Below, piece after piece: positions 29,726 to 40,095 of a stretch of DNA of 64,000 nucleotides. The translations under genes were made by a program, and so were the position numbers. Position 1 is the stretch's first letter; every line of letters begins with the position of its first letter. The notes under the pieces are model-generated. The model saw nothing but the letters and a program-made list of their open reading frames with translations, was not told the DNA's origin and did no database searches. The stretch lies in the NCBI GenBank assembly GCA_026129405.1, contig JAHCID010000002.1:652333-716332 (forward strand). Direction: 5' to 3'. Source of the stretch: a bacterium. Lineage in GTDB: Bacteria > Desulfobacterota > Binatia > DP-6.

Positions 29726-29806
29726 CGTCGGTCGGCCCGAACGGCTCGCGGCATCGTACCGCGGCGGCGCGTGTCTGGCGGGGCGGTCTCTGCTAGCCCA
29801 CCCGGG

Positions 29807-30949
29807 ATGGGACCTCTCACCGGATTCCGCATCGTGGAGCTCGCCGGCATCGGCCCCGGCCCGTTCTGCGCCATGCTGCTCGCCGACCTCGGCGCCGAGG
29901 TGCTGCGCGTCGAGCGCACCGCCGACGCCGGGCTCGGCATCGCCAAGCCGGTCGAGTTCGACCTCTACAACCGCAGCCGCCGCTGCATCGCCGTCGACCT
30001 GAAGACGCCGGACGGCGTGCCGACGGTGCTGCGGCTGGTCGCGCGTGCCGACGCCCTCATCGAGGGCTTCCGGCCCGGCGTCATGGAGCGCCTCGGCCTC
30101 GGACCCGAGCCGTGCCTCGCCCGCAACCCGCGCCTGGTCTACGGCCGCATGACCGGCTGGGGGCAGACGGGGCCGCTCGCGCAGGCGGCGGGCCACGACT
30201 GGAACTACATCGCCATCACCGGCGCGTTGCACGCCATCGGCCGCGCCGGCGAGGCGCCGGTGCCGCCGCTCAACCTGGTCGGCGACTTCGGCGGCGGCTC
30301 GCTCTACCTCGCCGTCGGCATCCTCGCCGGCCTGCTCGAGACGCAGAGGTCGGGCAAGGGGCAGGTCGTCGACGCCGCGATCACCGACGGCGCGGCGTCC
30401 CTGATGACGCTCTTCTACGGCCTCGCCGGCGCCGGCCTGTGGCACGGGGAGCGCGGGCGCAACCTCCTCGACACCGGCGCCCACTTCGGCGAGATCTACG
30501 AGACGCGGGACGGCAAGTACGTCAGCGTGCTCGCCATCGAGCCCAAGTTCTACGCCGAGCTGTGCCGGCGCATCGGGCTCGACCCCGCGACGCTGCCGGC
30601 CCAGAACGACCAGGGCGAGTGGCCGGCGCTGAAGGAGCGCTTCGCGGCGGTCTTCCGCACGAAGACGCGCGACGAGTGGTGCGCGATCCTCGAGGGCACC
30701 GACGCCTGCTTCGCGCCCGTGCTGCCCATGGCCGAGGCTCCGGCGCACCCGCACAACGTCGCGCGCGGGACCTTCGTCGAGGTGGGCGGCGTCGTGCAGC
30801 CGGCGCCGGCGCCGCGCTTCAGCCGCACGCCCGGTGCGATCCAGTCGCCGCCGGCGCGGCCGGGCGAGCACACCGACGCCGCGCTCGCGGACTGGGGCTT
30901 CGCGGCGGACGAGATCGCGGCGCTGCGCGCGGCGAAGGCGATCGCGTAG
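29807..30949 (+). CDS. CoA-transferase family III (CaiB/BaiF, α-methylacyl-CoA racemase-like)
   Basis: [32 protein letters not shown]… is the canonical family III N-terminus; GTG 29771 is a possible alternative start. Confidence 0.8.
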   Translation: MGPLTGFRIVELAGIGPGPFCAMLLADLGAEVLRVERTADAGLGIAKPVEFDLYNRSRRCIAVDLKTPDGVPTVLRLVARADALIEGFRPGVMERLGLGPEPCLARNPRLVYGRMTGWGQTGPLAQAAGHDWNYIAITGALHAIGRAGEAPVPPLNLVGDFGGGSLYLAVGILAGLLETQRSGKGQVVDAAITDGAASLMTLFYGLAGAGLWHGERGRNLLDTGAHFGEIYETRDGKYVSVLAIEPKFYAELCRRIGLDPATLPAQNDQGEWPALKERFAAVFRTKTRDEWCAILEGTDACFAPVLPMAEAPAHPHNVARGTFVEVGGVVQPAPAPRFSRTPGAIQSPPARPGEHTDAALADWGFAADEIAALRAAKAIA

Positions 30950-30961
30950 CGGCCGCGCCGC

Positions 30962-32020
30962 TCAGAAGCGCCAGCTGAGCCCGGCGCGCACGCGGACGTC
31001 GGGCACCATCTGGAGCGACGTCTCGTCGCGGACGACGGGGACGTCGACGCCGACCTCGGCCGCCAGACGGTCCGTCCAGTCGAACAGGATGGCGGGGCCT
31101 ACGTAGAGGCGCGTGCGCGCGGTGTCGTCGAGCTTGATCCCGGCCTGGGTGTCGTTGCCCTTCGTGTCGCCGGAGAGGACGGCCTGCACGCCGAGGCTCC
31201 AGGTGTCGCCGGTGAGGACGTCGTAGCCCGGACCGCCGCTCCAGGAGAGCTCGTTCGCGAACGTGTACGCGTACGCGCCCTCGCTGCGGACCGCGTACTG
31301 GAGGAAGCCGAAGGCGAAGGCGCGGCCGCGCCGCCAGCCGAGCTGGCCACCGACGACCCCGTCGACCGAGCCCGAGCCGATGGCGAGATCGTGGCCGCGG
31401 ATGGCGCTCACGGTGCGCCGCCCGCCCGGCGACGGGGCGGGGTGCCCCGGGCCGGGGCCGTGGTGGGTCACGCCACCGTCGCGGGCGTCGCGGCGGCGGG
31501 CGACGCCACGGAGCGCCCCGAGCTCCTCCGCCAGCAGCGAGGCGTCGCCGGTCGGGAGCTTGAGGCCGCCGATGAGGCTCGCCGTCAGCCGTCCCACGGG
31601 CAGCTCGGCGTCGAACGGCGTGCCGATGGCGACGAGGGTCAGGTCGCCGAAGCCCGAGACGCTGCCCGAGGTGAGCCGGCCGTTCTCGAGCCGGCGGTAG
31701 TCGCGCGCGACGATCGGCAGGTTCAGCTGCACGCCGATCCAGTCGGTGAAGCCGTACGTCGCGAACACCTGCGTGATGGAGCTGTTCAGCCGCTCGCCCT
31801 CGGACGGCACCTCGTGGCCGTCGATCATGACGGTGCCCATGTGCGTGAACTGCTCGGCGACGCCGAGGGTCAGACGTCGGCGCTGCGGGATGCGGTCCGG
31901 CTCGACGTAGACCGAGTGGGCGTCGCAGCCGAGCGCGGGTCCGGCCGCCGGGACGGCGACGAGCAGCACGAGGACGGCGAGCCAGGAGGAGCCGCGGCGG
32001 GCGACGGGGGGTGCGGACAT
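30962..32020 (-). CDS. outer-membrane β-barrel protein (hypothetical)
   Basis: Signal peptide MSAPPVARRGSSWLAVLVLLVAVPAAGPA, alternating amphipathic β-strand pattern, C-terminal …GLSWRF with terminal Phe. Confidence 0.55.
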   Translation of the reverse strand: MSAPPVARRGSSWLAVLVLLVAVPAAGPALGCDAHSVYVEPDRIPQRRRLTLGVAEQFTHMGTVMIDGHEVPSEGERLNSSITQVFATYGFTDWIGVQLNLPIVARDYRRLENGRLTSGSVSGFGDLTLVAIGTPFDAELPVGRLTASLIGGLKLPTGDASLLAEELGALRGVARRRDARDGGVTHHGPGPGHPAPSPGGRRTVSAIRGHDLAIGSGSVDGVVGGQLGWRRGRAFAFGFLQYAVRSEGAYAYTFANELSWSGGPGYDVLTGDTWSLGVQAVLSGDTKGNDTQAGIKLDDTARTRLYVGPAILFDWTDRLAAEVGVDVPVVRDETSLQMVPDVRVRAGLSWRF

Positions 32021-32178
32021 GGATCGTGAGCTTCCGCTCGCGAAGGCGATGGCAGCCGCTGCCCGCCCCGGCAACGCTTCATTTTGACGCAGGGCTCCCC
32101 GCGTCGCGCCCGGCGTCGACGGGCAGGCTCGCAACGCCATGGCGCATGCCGCAGCGGGCGGCAGGCGATGGCGGCGTC

Positions 32179-33171
32179 TCAACCGAGCCGCTGCCGGCGA
32201 TGGGCCCCCGGCGTGCGACCCGTCCAGCGCACGAAGGCGTGGTGGAACGTGCTCTGATCCGAGAAGCCGAGGACGAACGCGATCTCCTGGAGGCCGAGGT
32301 CGCCGGACTCGAGGTGGCGCAACGCCAGGTCGCACCGCAGCTCGTCGCGCACGCGCCGGTGCGTCGTGCCTTCCGCCGCCAGCCGGCGTTGGAGCGTGCG
32401 CGGGCTGACGCGCAGCTTCGCAGCCACCGTCGCGAGGCCGGGGTCGTTCGCCTCGAGCAGGTCGACGAGGGCACGTCGCACGGCGGCGGCGAACGATTCG
32501 CACCCGGGGAGCCGCGCCTCGAGGGCGCGTGCGTGCCGCTCGAGGATCTCGGCCAGGCTTCGGTCGGACGAGCGCTGCGGGCGTGCGAGGTCGGCGCGGG
32601 CGAAGGTGATCACGTTCACGCCCGCGTCGTACGCGATCGGGCAGGCGAACAGCCGGCGCGACTCGGTATGGTCACGCGGGGCCGCGTGGCGGAAGGCGAT
32701 CCGCCGCGGCACGAACGCGTGCTCCGTGGCGCTGCGTGCGAGGAGGAGCAGGGCGGCGACGCCGAACTCGATGGCGTGGCGGGGCAGCCGGAACGCGGGG
32801 TCGCGGTCGTCGACCACCAGCCGTATCTCGTCGCCGGCATCGACCCAGTGGGTCGTCACCGCCTCCGTCACGAGGCGCTGGTAGCGCAGCGCCAGCCGCA
32901 GGCCGTCACCCACGGTCGCCGCCGAGCGCAGCAGGTGGGCGAGCGCGGGCAGCGCGCCGCTCTCTCCGGCGCGCCGGGCGACGGCGATGCCGAGATCGTC
33001 GATGCCGGTGAGCGCCGGCAGCTCGCTCCAGATCTCGCGCAGCACGTCGACGGGGATGCGTCCGTTCGGCTCCGCCAGCGCCGCCGGCGTCAGCCCGAAG
33101 CGGGCGCAGAGCGCGCGCTCGTCGTGCCCGCGCGCCATCGCCTCGGCGAAGGCGGCACGCGCGACGTGCAT
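32179..33171 (-). CDS. AraC family transcriptional regulator
   Basis: C-terminal HTH_18 (…LQEIAFVLGFSDQSTFHHAFVRWTGRTPGAHR). Start at MHVARAAF (ATG 33171-33169); divergent from the hydrolase gene. Confidence 0.75.
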   Translation of the reverse strand: MHVARAAFAEAMARGHDERALCARFGLTPAALAEPNGRIPVDVLREIWSELPALTGIDDLGIAVARRAGESGALPALAHLLRSAATVGDGLRLALRYQRLVTEAVTTHWVDAGDEIRLVVDDRDPAFRLPRHAIEFGVAALLLLARSATEHAFVPRRIAFRHAAPRDHTESRRLFACPIAYDAGVNVITFARADLARPQRSSDRSLAEILERHARALEARLPGCESFAAAVRRALVDLLEANDPGLATVAAKLRVSPRTLQRRLAAEGTTHRRVRDELRCDLALRHLESGDLGLQEIAFVLGFSDQSTFHHAFVRWTGRTPGAHRRQRLG

Positions 33172-33316
33172 CGAGACGCTCGGGATCGGCAACGGCGGCG
33201 TCACGGCGGCCGCTGCGTTAGCATGCCGTGGCGCGTTCCACCAAAACCCCGGGCGTCGTCCGCCAACGTCGACGATACGCCGACGCGCTAGGCTCGGCGC
33301 CGGAGGGATCGCCGCC

Positions 33317-34612
33317 ATGCCCATGCCCGAACGCCCCGCCACGAGACGCCGTACCGGTCGCGTGATCGTCCTCGCGGCGCTGGCCGTGCTCGCCGTCCTC
33401 GCGTACCGGCGCTGGGACGATCGCGGCAGCGGGCGGCTCCTGCGCGACCAGACCTACCATCACCAGGCCCTGCGGGCCTTGAACCACGCGGCGGCGGGCG
33501 GCGCCGACGTGTCGGAGGTGCTGGAGGCGACGCGCCACGTGCGGGCCGGCGATGCGCAGGGCTGGTACGCGGTGTGGACCGCGCTCGGCGACCGCAACCT
33601 CGCCCGCGCGCGGGCGACCGCGGATCGGCGCAGCCGCGGACAGGCGTTGCTGCGCGCCCACACCTACTACCTCCGCGCCGAGTTCTTCCTGCCGCCGGAC
33701 GATCCCAAGCGCCCGGACTCGTTCGCCCGCAACACCCGCGCCTTCTACGAGGGGCTCGACACGCTCGGGGTGCCGTACGAGCGGCTGACGGTGCCGTACG
33801 GGCCGCACCATCTGAACGCGATCTACTATCCGGCGTCCGTCCCGGCGCACGGGCCGCTCGTCGTGTTCTGCGGCGGCGTCGACTCGACGCTGGAGGAGCT
33901 CTACTTCTTCCTCGTCGCCGCCGCGCACGAGCGCGGCTGGCCCGTGCTGACGTTCGAGGGGCCGGGGCAGGGCGCCGTGCTGCGCGAGCAGCACGTGCCG
34001 TTCACGCACGAGTGGGAGCGGCCGACGTCGGCGGTGCTCGACGCCTTCCTCGCCACCCATCCGCGGCCGCCCGCGATCGTGCTCGTCGGCCTCAGCCTCG
34101 GCGGCTATCTCGCGCCGCGCGCCGCCGCCTTCGACGAGCGCATCGACGGCGTGGTGGCGTACGACGCCATGTACGACGCCGGCGCCGTGGTGCGCCGCCG
34201 CGTCCCGCCGATCGCGTTCGGGCTGCGCCGCATCGGCCTCGAGCCCCTGGTGAATGCGGCGGGCGCGGTGCTGGCCCGCGTCGACCCGGCGACGGCGTGG
34301 TCGCTGTCGCAGGGCGGCTGGGTCACCGGCACGTCGACGCCGCTCGGCGTCGCCGACGCGTTCGCGCCCTTCACGCTGGAGGGCGTCGCCGGCCGCATCC
34401 GGCAGGACGTCCTGCTCCTCGCGGGCGAGGGCGATCAGTTCGTGCCGATCGAGCAGATCGGGCAGATGCAGGAGGCGCTGGTCAACGCCCGCAGCGTCAC
34501 CGCGAAGGTGTACGACCGCGCGTCGGGCGGCGCCGAGCACTCGCAGCTCGGCGCCACGACGCTCTGGCAGGCCGACTTCTTCGACTGGCTGGAGGCGAAG
34601 TTCGGCTCGTGA
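33317..34612 (+). CDS. α/β-hydrolase fold protein
   Basis: Nucleophile elbow GLSLGG, preceding HGPLVVFCGG region, single N-terminal TM/anchor (VIVLAALAVLAVLAY). Start ATG 33317. Confidence 0.7.
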   Translation: MPMPERPATRRRTGRVIVLAALAVLAVLAYRRWDDRGSGRLLRDQTYHHQALRALNHAAAGGADVSEVLEATRHVRAGDAQGWYAVWTALGDRNLARARATADRRSRGQALLRAHTYYLRAEFFLPPDDPKRPDSFARNTRAFYEGLDTLGVPYERLTVPYGPHHLNAIYYPASVPAHGPLVVFCGGVDSTLEELYFFLVAAAHERGWPVLTFEGPGQGAVLREQHVPFTHEWERPTSAVLDAFLATHPRPPAIVLVGLSLGGYLAPRAAAFDERIDGVVAYDAMYDAGAVVRRRVPPIAFGLRRIGLEPLVNAAGAVLARVDPATAWSLSQGGWVTGTSTPLGVADAFAPFTLEGVAGRIRQDVLLLAGEGDQFVPIEQIGQMQEALVNARSVTAKVYDRASGGAEHSQLGATTLWQADFFDWLEAKFGS

Positions 34613-34627
34613 CCGCCGCCCGCACCG

Positions 34628-35245
34628 TCATGCCCGGCGTCGCTCCTGCCGCCGCCACCGCGCCAGCACGAGCGCCGCACCGAGCATGCCGCCGAGATGC
34701 GCGAAGTGCGCAATGCCCGACTGCGTCCCGGTGACGCCGCTCGCCAGCTCGACGAGGCCATAGAGCAGCACGAAGAGCCACGCTGGCATCGGAATGGGCG
34801 GGAACAGCAGGATCAGGATGCGACGCGGGAAGAGCGCGCCGAACGCGAGCAGCACCCCGAAGACGCCGCCCGACGCCCCGATCGTCGGATACGGCTCCGG
34901 GCCGGCCGTGTAGGAGACGACCGCGAGCTGCACGACCGCCGCCGACAGCACCGAGCCCAGGTAGAGCTGCAGAAAGCGCCACGAGCCGAGCAGCTGCTCG
35001 ACGTCGCGCCCGAACATCCACAGCGCGAACATGTTGAGGAAGAGGTGCGACGGGCTGCCGTGCAGCACGCTCGAGGTGAGGAGCTGCCAGAGCTCGAAGT
35101 GCCCCAGCTCGTTCGGCGCCAGGTGCCGCGACCGCGCCCCGAGCGGCCAGAGCGCGAATTCCAGGATCAGCTCGTCGCCGATCACGCCCTGGAGCACGAA
35201 GACGGCGACGTTGACGAGGAGCAGGGCCGTGGTGACGGGATGCAT
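34628..35245 (-). CDS. rhomboid family intramembrane serine protease
   Basis: GASGGVFG (catalytic Ser) and AHLGG (catalytic His) motifs within six TM segments. Confidence 0.85.
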   Translation of the reverse strand: MHPVTTALLLVNVAVFVLQGVIGDELILEFALWPLGARSRHLAPNELGHFELWQLLTSSVLHGSPSHLFLNMFALWMFGRDVEQLLGSWRFLQLYLGSVLSAAVVQLAVVSYTAGPEPYPTIGASGGVFGVLLAFGALFPRRILILLFPPIPMPAWLFVLLYGLVELASGVTGTQSGIAHFAHLGGMLGAALVLARWRRQERRRA

Positions 35246-35640
35246 GCGACGGTGCGCGCGAGACTACGCATCCAGCCCGGGCGGTACCAGACGCGGCGCC
35301 GTCCACGGTCTCAAGGCGGGTGGGGCCCTGCCGGTCGAGTACCGGCGCCAGGCAACGCTCGAGGCGACCCGTCGGCGAAATGCGAACTCCTCGTGGAGCG
35401 TGGTCGCCGAGGTCGCTGGGTCGTCCGATCCGATGTCCCGCGAGACGGGCGGCGCGTCGCCGCGGCCATCCGGTGGGGCAGCGCCCGCCGAGGACATGCC
35501 GCAATGGCGCGCCCTCGCTACGCCGTTCGTCGTGGCCGTCGGGCATCGCTGCCGGACGGCGGGTCGCTGCGTGGAAAAGAAAGGTGTGCAAGCACCCACT
35601 TTTGCTTCACGCCCCGGCCGTGTTCCGCTAGACTCCTCAG

Positions 35641-37462
35641 CGTGCGCTCCTCGTCACCGCGAAGCGCGACACGGGTCGTCCATCCCGTTGCTCTCGCGTT
35701 CGCCGTGTTGGTTGCGGCAGGTGCTCCTGCAACGGCCGCTTCCATATGGGTCAGTGTGTCCCAGTTCGGGGAGCCGGTGGTCGGGGCTCGGCCAAGCCTC
35801 TCCGCCACCGGCGAGCACATCGCGTTCGACAGTGTCGCTTCGACGATCGTCGCGGGCGACACCAACGCCGATCCTGACGCCATTCCGGATCCGGTCTTGG
35901 GTCTCGACGTGTTCGTTCGAGACCTCCGAGCCTGCGACACCCATCGCGTCAGCGTGACGCCTGACGGGTTGCAGGCGAACGGCGACAGCTCTCACGGGGC
36001 CATCTCCGCGGACGGAACCGTGGTGGCGTTCGTAAGCCGCGCCACGAACCTGACGCCCGCCGACACCAACCAGGCTGCCGACGTCTTCGTTCGTGATCTC
36101 GTGGCCGGCACCACGGAGGTCGTGAGCGTATCGTCCGAGGGCGCCCTCGCTCGAGGCGTCGGTTCCGCCTGGGCTGCGGTTGCCACGCCGTCGGTCTCCG
36201 GCGACGGACGGCTGGTGGCGTTCATGAGCGGCGCAACGAACCTGACCCCCGAGCTTCCCCCTTGCCCGGAAGCCGCGTGCTCGACCCTCCATGCCTTCGT
36301 CCGAGACAGGTATTCCGGCACCACGTCCTTGCTCGATCGGACCCCGCTCGGTGGCCCCGGCACCGAGAGCGTCTCCGCGGTAGCCATCAGCAGCGACGGG
36401 ACGGTTGCGGTATTCGCGACGCGCTCGCGTCTACTGCCCGGCGACACGTCGAGCGACGTGGCTCTCTATGCCCGCGACCTCGCGTCCCACACCCTGCGTC
36501 TCCTCAGCAGGACGGCGGACGGTGACCACCTTCGGGTGAAGGGCAGTCCCGCTCTGTCTCGGGACGGCTGCCTGGTGCTCTTCGGGTTCGACCCCGGCGA
36601 GGCCTTCTCTGGCGTCGCCGTGTTCGATTGCGCGGTGGGGGCCGCGCGGGTCGTCGAAACGGGGAACGTCGGAAGCGAGTTCTGGGTCGCCGCCGACGGC
36701 AGCCGGATCGGATACCTCGTATTCCACCAGCCGCCTACGATACCTGGATACGGGCTGGCCCGATGGCCCCGAGGCCTGGACGCGAGGACGACTCTTCCGC
36801 TCCCGCCGTCGTCCAACGGGACGATGGCGCTGTCCGGCAGCGGCGACATCCTGTCGACGACCGTCGACGGAGCTCTAGTTGCCAGTAGCGGCGAGGATGG
36901 GCAGGTGGAGCCGACCGGATGCACACCGGCCCCCGGGCCACCCGTCGACGCTTGCGCGAACCTGGGCGGGCTCGAGCGAGCACACTGCTACCTCGTCGAC
37001 GGGCGGAGCACCGGAGAATGCGCTTCGCGACCAATGCCACGGCGCGTGGCACGGCCGCTGGCTCGCGCCATCGCCTGGCTGGAGCCCGGACTCACCGACT
37101 CCCCCACCAAGAAGCGTCGGCGGCGTCTCCGCAACGCCGCGCGGGCGCTCGAGCGGACGACGGTGGGGATCCTCGTCGCCGGCAGGAAGGGGGGAATCTC
37201 CGCGGAATGCCGCGCGCGGCTTGGCGCCACCGTCGACCGCGCCCGAGAGCTGGTGCGGAGCGCGCCACGTCGAGGCGCCGAGACGCGAGGGATGCGCCGG
37301 CGTCTACACGCCGCCGGCAGCGTGCCAGAACGTGGGCCGTCAGCCGCCGCGCAGGCGGGCGTGGGCGCCGGCGGCGTCGCACTCGTCGGTCCGGTCGCGG
37401 GTGACGTCGGGCCGCAGCGAGTCCGTGTGCGCGAGCCAGGCGTCGCGGACGGCGTCGGGTAG
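35641..37462 (+). CDS. secreted TolB-like β-propeller repeat protein
   Basis: Repeated (S/A)xDG(T/R)xVAFxSxATNLxP…D(V/L)FVRD blades (PD40-like). GTG start 35641 followed by signal peptide AFAVLVAAGAPATAAS. The 3' ~120 nt overlap the convergent globin gene and translate to low-complexity sequence, so the true C-terminus is uncertain. Confidence 0.55.
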
Positions 37463-37810
37463 CGCGGCGCGCGCGATGGCGTCGGCGAGGAGCTTGCGCC
37501 GGCGCATGAAGTGGCCGCCCATGATCGGGTGCGTGGCGTGCGCCTGGCGCACGTCGCGGCCGGTGTAGGCGACGTCGGCACCGAGCGCGTGCAGCGTCAG
37601 CTCGGTCTCCTTCGCGATCAGGCGCTCCTTGTCGGCGCCCTTGAAGAGGAAGCCGATCATGAAGTCGCCGAAGACGTGGCCGTAGAAGTCGCGCAGGACG
37701 GCGCGGATCGCCTCGGGACCGCCGGCCTGCTCGACGAGGGAGGGCTGCACGGAGGCGACGATAGCCGCCGGCGCCGGCCGGCACCACGCCCGGCGGGCGG
37801 CCAGGCGCAC
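37340..37810 (-). CDS. truncated hemoglobin (group II trHb-like)
   Basis: …GGPEAIRAVLRDFYGHVFGD…, …HALGADVAYTGRDVRQAHATHPIMGGHF… match trHb helices B/E/F/G. The start may be an internal GTG (VQPSLVEQ…) rather than ATG 37810. Confidence 0.6.
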   Translation of the reverse strand: MRLAARRAWCRPAPAAIVASVQPSLVEQAGGPEAIRAVLRDFYGHVFGDFMIGFLFKGADKERLIAKETELTLHALGADVAYTGRDVRQAHATHPIMGGHFMRRRKLLADAIARAALPDAVRDAWLAHTDSLRPDVTRDRTDECDAAGAHARLRGG

Positions 37811-37922
37811 TCGCGCTGGAGGCTCGGTCCCCGCGCCGGCTCCGCCGCCGGAGCGGCGTGCCTCGGCTCGCGTGCGACGAAAGGTCGCACGCGGGACCGG
37901 CCGCCGCTATCCTCGGGCGCGC

Positions 37923-39260
37923 ATGGCGCTGCGCGGGCACGGCCGCACCTTCGCGAGCCTCGCCGAGGTGATGGCGAAGGCGAACGAGGAGAAGTCGGGC
38001 GATCGCCTGGCCGGGCTCGCGGCCGCCGACGGCGAGGAGCGCGTCGCCGCGAAGGCCGCGCTCGCCGGCGTGCCGCTGCGCCGCTTCGTCGAGGAGCCGC
38101 TGCTTCCCGACGACGCGCTCACGCGCGTCTTCCTCGAGGCGCAGGATGCGGCCGCCTTCGCGCCCGCCGCCGGCTGGACGGTGGGTGAGTTGCGCGAGCA
38201 CCTCCTCGCCGACGCGCCCGGGGTCCTCGCGGCCCTGCGCCCGGGGTTGCTCCCCGAGATGGCCGCCGCCGTCGCGAAGCTGATGTCGAACCTCGATCTC
38301 CTGCTCGCGGCGAAGAAGCTGCCGGTCGTGGTGCGCGGCCGGACGACGCTCGGTATGCCCGGCCGTCTGGCGACGCGCATCCAGCCGAACCACCCGCGCG
38401 ACGGCGTCGACGGCATCGTCGCCAGCACGCTCGAGGGTCTCGCCTACGGCTGCGGCGACGCGGTGCTCGGCGTGAACCCCGTCGACGATCGCGTCGAGGT
38501 GGTGTGTCGCGTCGCCGACGCGCTCAGCGACGTGCGCACGCGCCTCGAGGTCCCGACGCAGGTCTCGGTGCTGGCGCACGTGACGACGCAGCTGCACGCG
38601 CTCGCCGCCGGGGCGCCGCTCGACGTGCTGTTCCAGTCCGTCGGCGGCACCGCCGCGGCGAACCGCGCCTTCGGCATCGACCTCGCGCTGCTCGACGAGG
38701 CCGACGCCGCCATCCGCGCGCACGGCCGGCTCGGCGGCGGCGCGCACTGGTACTTCGAGACGGGGCAGGGCTCCGAGCTGTCGAGCGAGGCCCACGGCGG
38801 GCTCGACCAGGTGACGCTCGAGGCGCGCTGCTACGGCGTCGCGCGGCGCTACGCGCCGTTGCTCGTCAACACGGTGGTCGGGTTCATCGGCCCCGAATAT
38901 CTCTGGGACGCGCGCCAGGTGATCCGTGCCGGGCTCGAGGACCACTGCATGGGCAAGCTGCTCGGCGTCCCGATGGGCGTCGACGTCTGCTACACGAATC
39001 ACATGGCGGCCGACCAGAACGACCTCGAGTCGCTGGCCGTGCTGCTCGGGACGGCGGGCTGCAACTACCTCATGGCCGTGCCGATGGGCGACGACTGCAT
39101 GCTCTCGTACCAGACGTCGTCCTTCCACGACGGCGCCGCGCTGCGCGAGCTGCTCGGCCTGCGCCCGGCACCGGAGTTCGAGCGCTGGTGCGAGGCGCGC
39201 GGCCTCATGGCGGAGGGACGGCTGACGGCGCGCGCGGGCGACGCGCGGCTGCTGGCGTGA
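37923..39260 (+). CDS. eutB: ethanolamine ammonia-lyase large subunit
   Basis: Collinear with E. coli EutB along its length (…AKANEEKSGDRLAGLAAADGEERVAAK…NTVVGFIGPEYLWDARQVIRAGLEDHCMGKL…CNYLMAVPMGDDCMLSYQTSSFHDGAALRELLGLRPAPEFERW…). Confidence 0.95.
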   Translation: MALRGHGRTFASLAEVMAKANEEKSGDRLAGLAAADGEERVAAKAALAGVPLRRFVEEPLLPDDALTRVFLEAQDAAAFAPAAGWTVGELREHLLADAPGVLAALRPGLLPEMAAAVAKLMSNLDLLLAAKKLPVVVRGRTTLGMPGRLATRIQPNHPRDGVDGIVASTLEGLAYGCGDAVLGVNPVDDRVEVVCRVADALSDVRTRLEVPTQVSVLAHVTTQLHALAAGAPLDVLFQSVGGTAAANRAFGIDLALLDEADAAIRAHGRLGGGAHWYFETGQGSELSSEAHGGLDQVTLEARCYGVARRYAPLLVNTVVGFIGPEYLWDARQVIRAGLEDHCMGKLLGVPMGVDVCYTNHMAADQNDLESLAVLLGTAGCNYLMAVPMGDDCMLSYQTSSFHDGAALRELLGLRPAPEFERWCEARGLMAEGRLTARAGDARLLA

Positions 39261-39271
39261 GCGCCGGTCGC

Positions 39272-39964
39272 ATGGCCCCGGACTTCGACCGCGCCCGCCG
39301 CACGACGCCGGCCCGCCTCGACGTCGGCCGTGCCGGCAGCCGCCCGCGTACGGCGACGTGGCTCGCCTTCCAGCGCGATCACGCCGCCGCGCGGGACGCC
39401 GTGTGGTCCGCGTGGTCGCCGGCGTTCGAGGCGCGGCTCGTCGGGCTCGGGTTCACCATCGTCTCGTCGGCCGCGCCCGACCGGGCGGCCTACGTGCGCG
39501 AGCCTCCTTGCGGGCGGCGGCTCGCGCCGGGCACGGTGCTGCCCGCGGCGACGCGGCCGGCGTGGCAGGTCGTCCTCTCCGACGGTCTCTCGCCACGCGC
39601 CGCCGAGGCGCACCTCGAGCGCCTCTGGCCGGACCTCGCGCGGCATCTCGCCGCGCTGGGTCCGCTCGGGACGCCGATCGCCGTGCGCAACGGGCGTGTC
39701 GCCGTCGGCGACGCGATCGGTGCGGCGACCGGCGCCGACGTCGTCGTGCACCTGATCGGCGAGCGTCCGGGGCTCGCCGCCGCCGACGGCCTCGGCTGCT
39801 ATCTCACCTGGCGTCCCGGGCCGACGACCACCGACGCCGACCGCAAGTGCATCTCGAACATCCGCCCCGCCGGCCTCGATCCCGCCGAGGCCGGCGCGAC
39901 CATCGCCGGCGTCTGCCGGCGGATCCGCGCGCACGGCGGCTCGGGCACCGACCTCGTGCTGTGA
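39272..39964 (+). CDS. eutC: ethanolamine ammonia-lyase small subunit
   Basis: 230 aa directly after eutB; EutC-like (…PARLDVGRAGSRPRTATWLAFQRDHAAARDAV…GERPGLAAADGLGCYLTW…). Confidence 0.85.
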   Translation: MAPDFDRARRTTPARLDVGRAGSRPRTATWLAFQRDHAAARDAVWSAWSPAFEARLVGLGFTIVSSAAPDRAAYVREPPCGRRLAPGTVLPAATRPAWQVVLSDGLSPRAAEAHLERLWPDLARHLAALGPLGTPIAVRNGRVAVGDAIGAATGADVVVHLIGERPGLAAADGLGCYLTWRPGPTTTDADRKCISNIRPAGLDPAEAGATIAGVCRRIRAHGGSGTDLVL

Positions 39965-39974
39965 CCTCTGCGCG

Positions 39975-39994
39975 GGTGGCACAGGTGTGCCACC
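39975..39994. promoter_or_regulatory. perfect inverted repeat GGTGGCACA-gg-TGTGCCACC 11 nt after the eutC stop
   Basis: Read directly. Could form an 8-bp stem / 4-nt loop hairpin (no U-tract) or serve as a dimeric protein-binding site. Confidence 0.3.
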
Positions 39995-40095
39995 GTCGCG
40001 CGCGCAGGTGGGTCGCGGACGGCGCACTCGCCGCCGCGCGGCCACGGCCGGCGGGCCTTCGGCGATGGCACGTCGGCTGCTCTTTCGCCCTCGCG

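Noticed and set aside
26200-30871. ORFs 26200..28623 (-), 27895..29796 (+) and 28199..30871 (-)
   Set aside because: Out of frame or antisense to the GH15, sulfatase and CoA-transferase genes.
35246-35640. 395-bp intergenic region with a lower-GC segment (ggaaaagaaaggtgtgcaagcacccacttttgcttcacg) considered as an sRNA or riboswitch
   Set aside because: Only short inverted repeats (AAGCA/TGCTT, GTGC/GCAC) with no recognisable riboswitch core or terminator. More likely the promoter region of the TolB-like gene.
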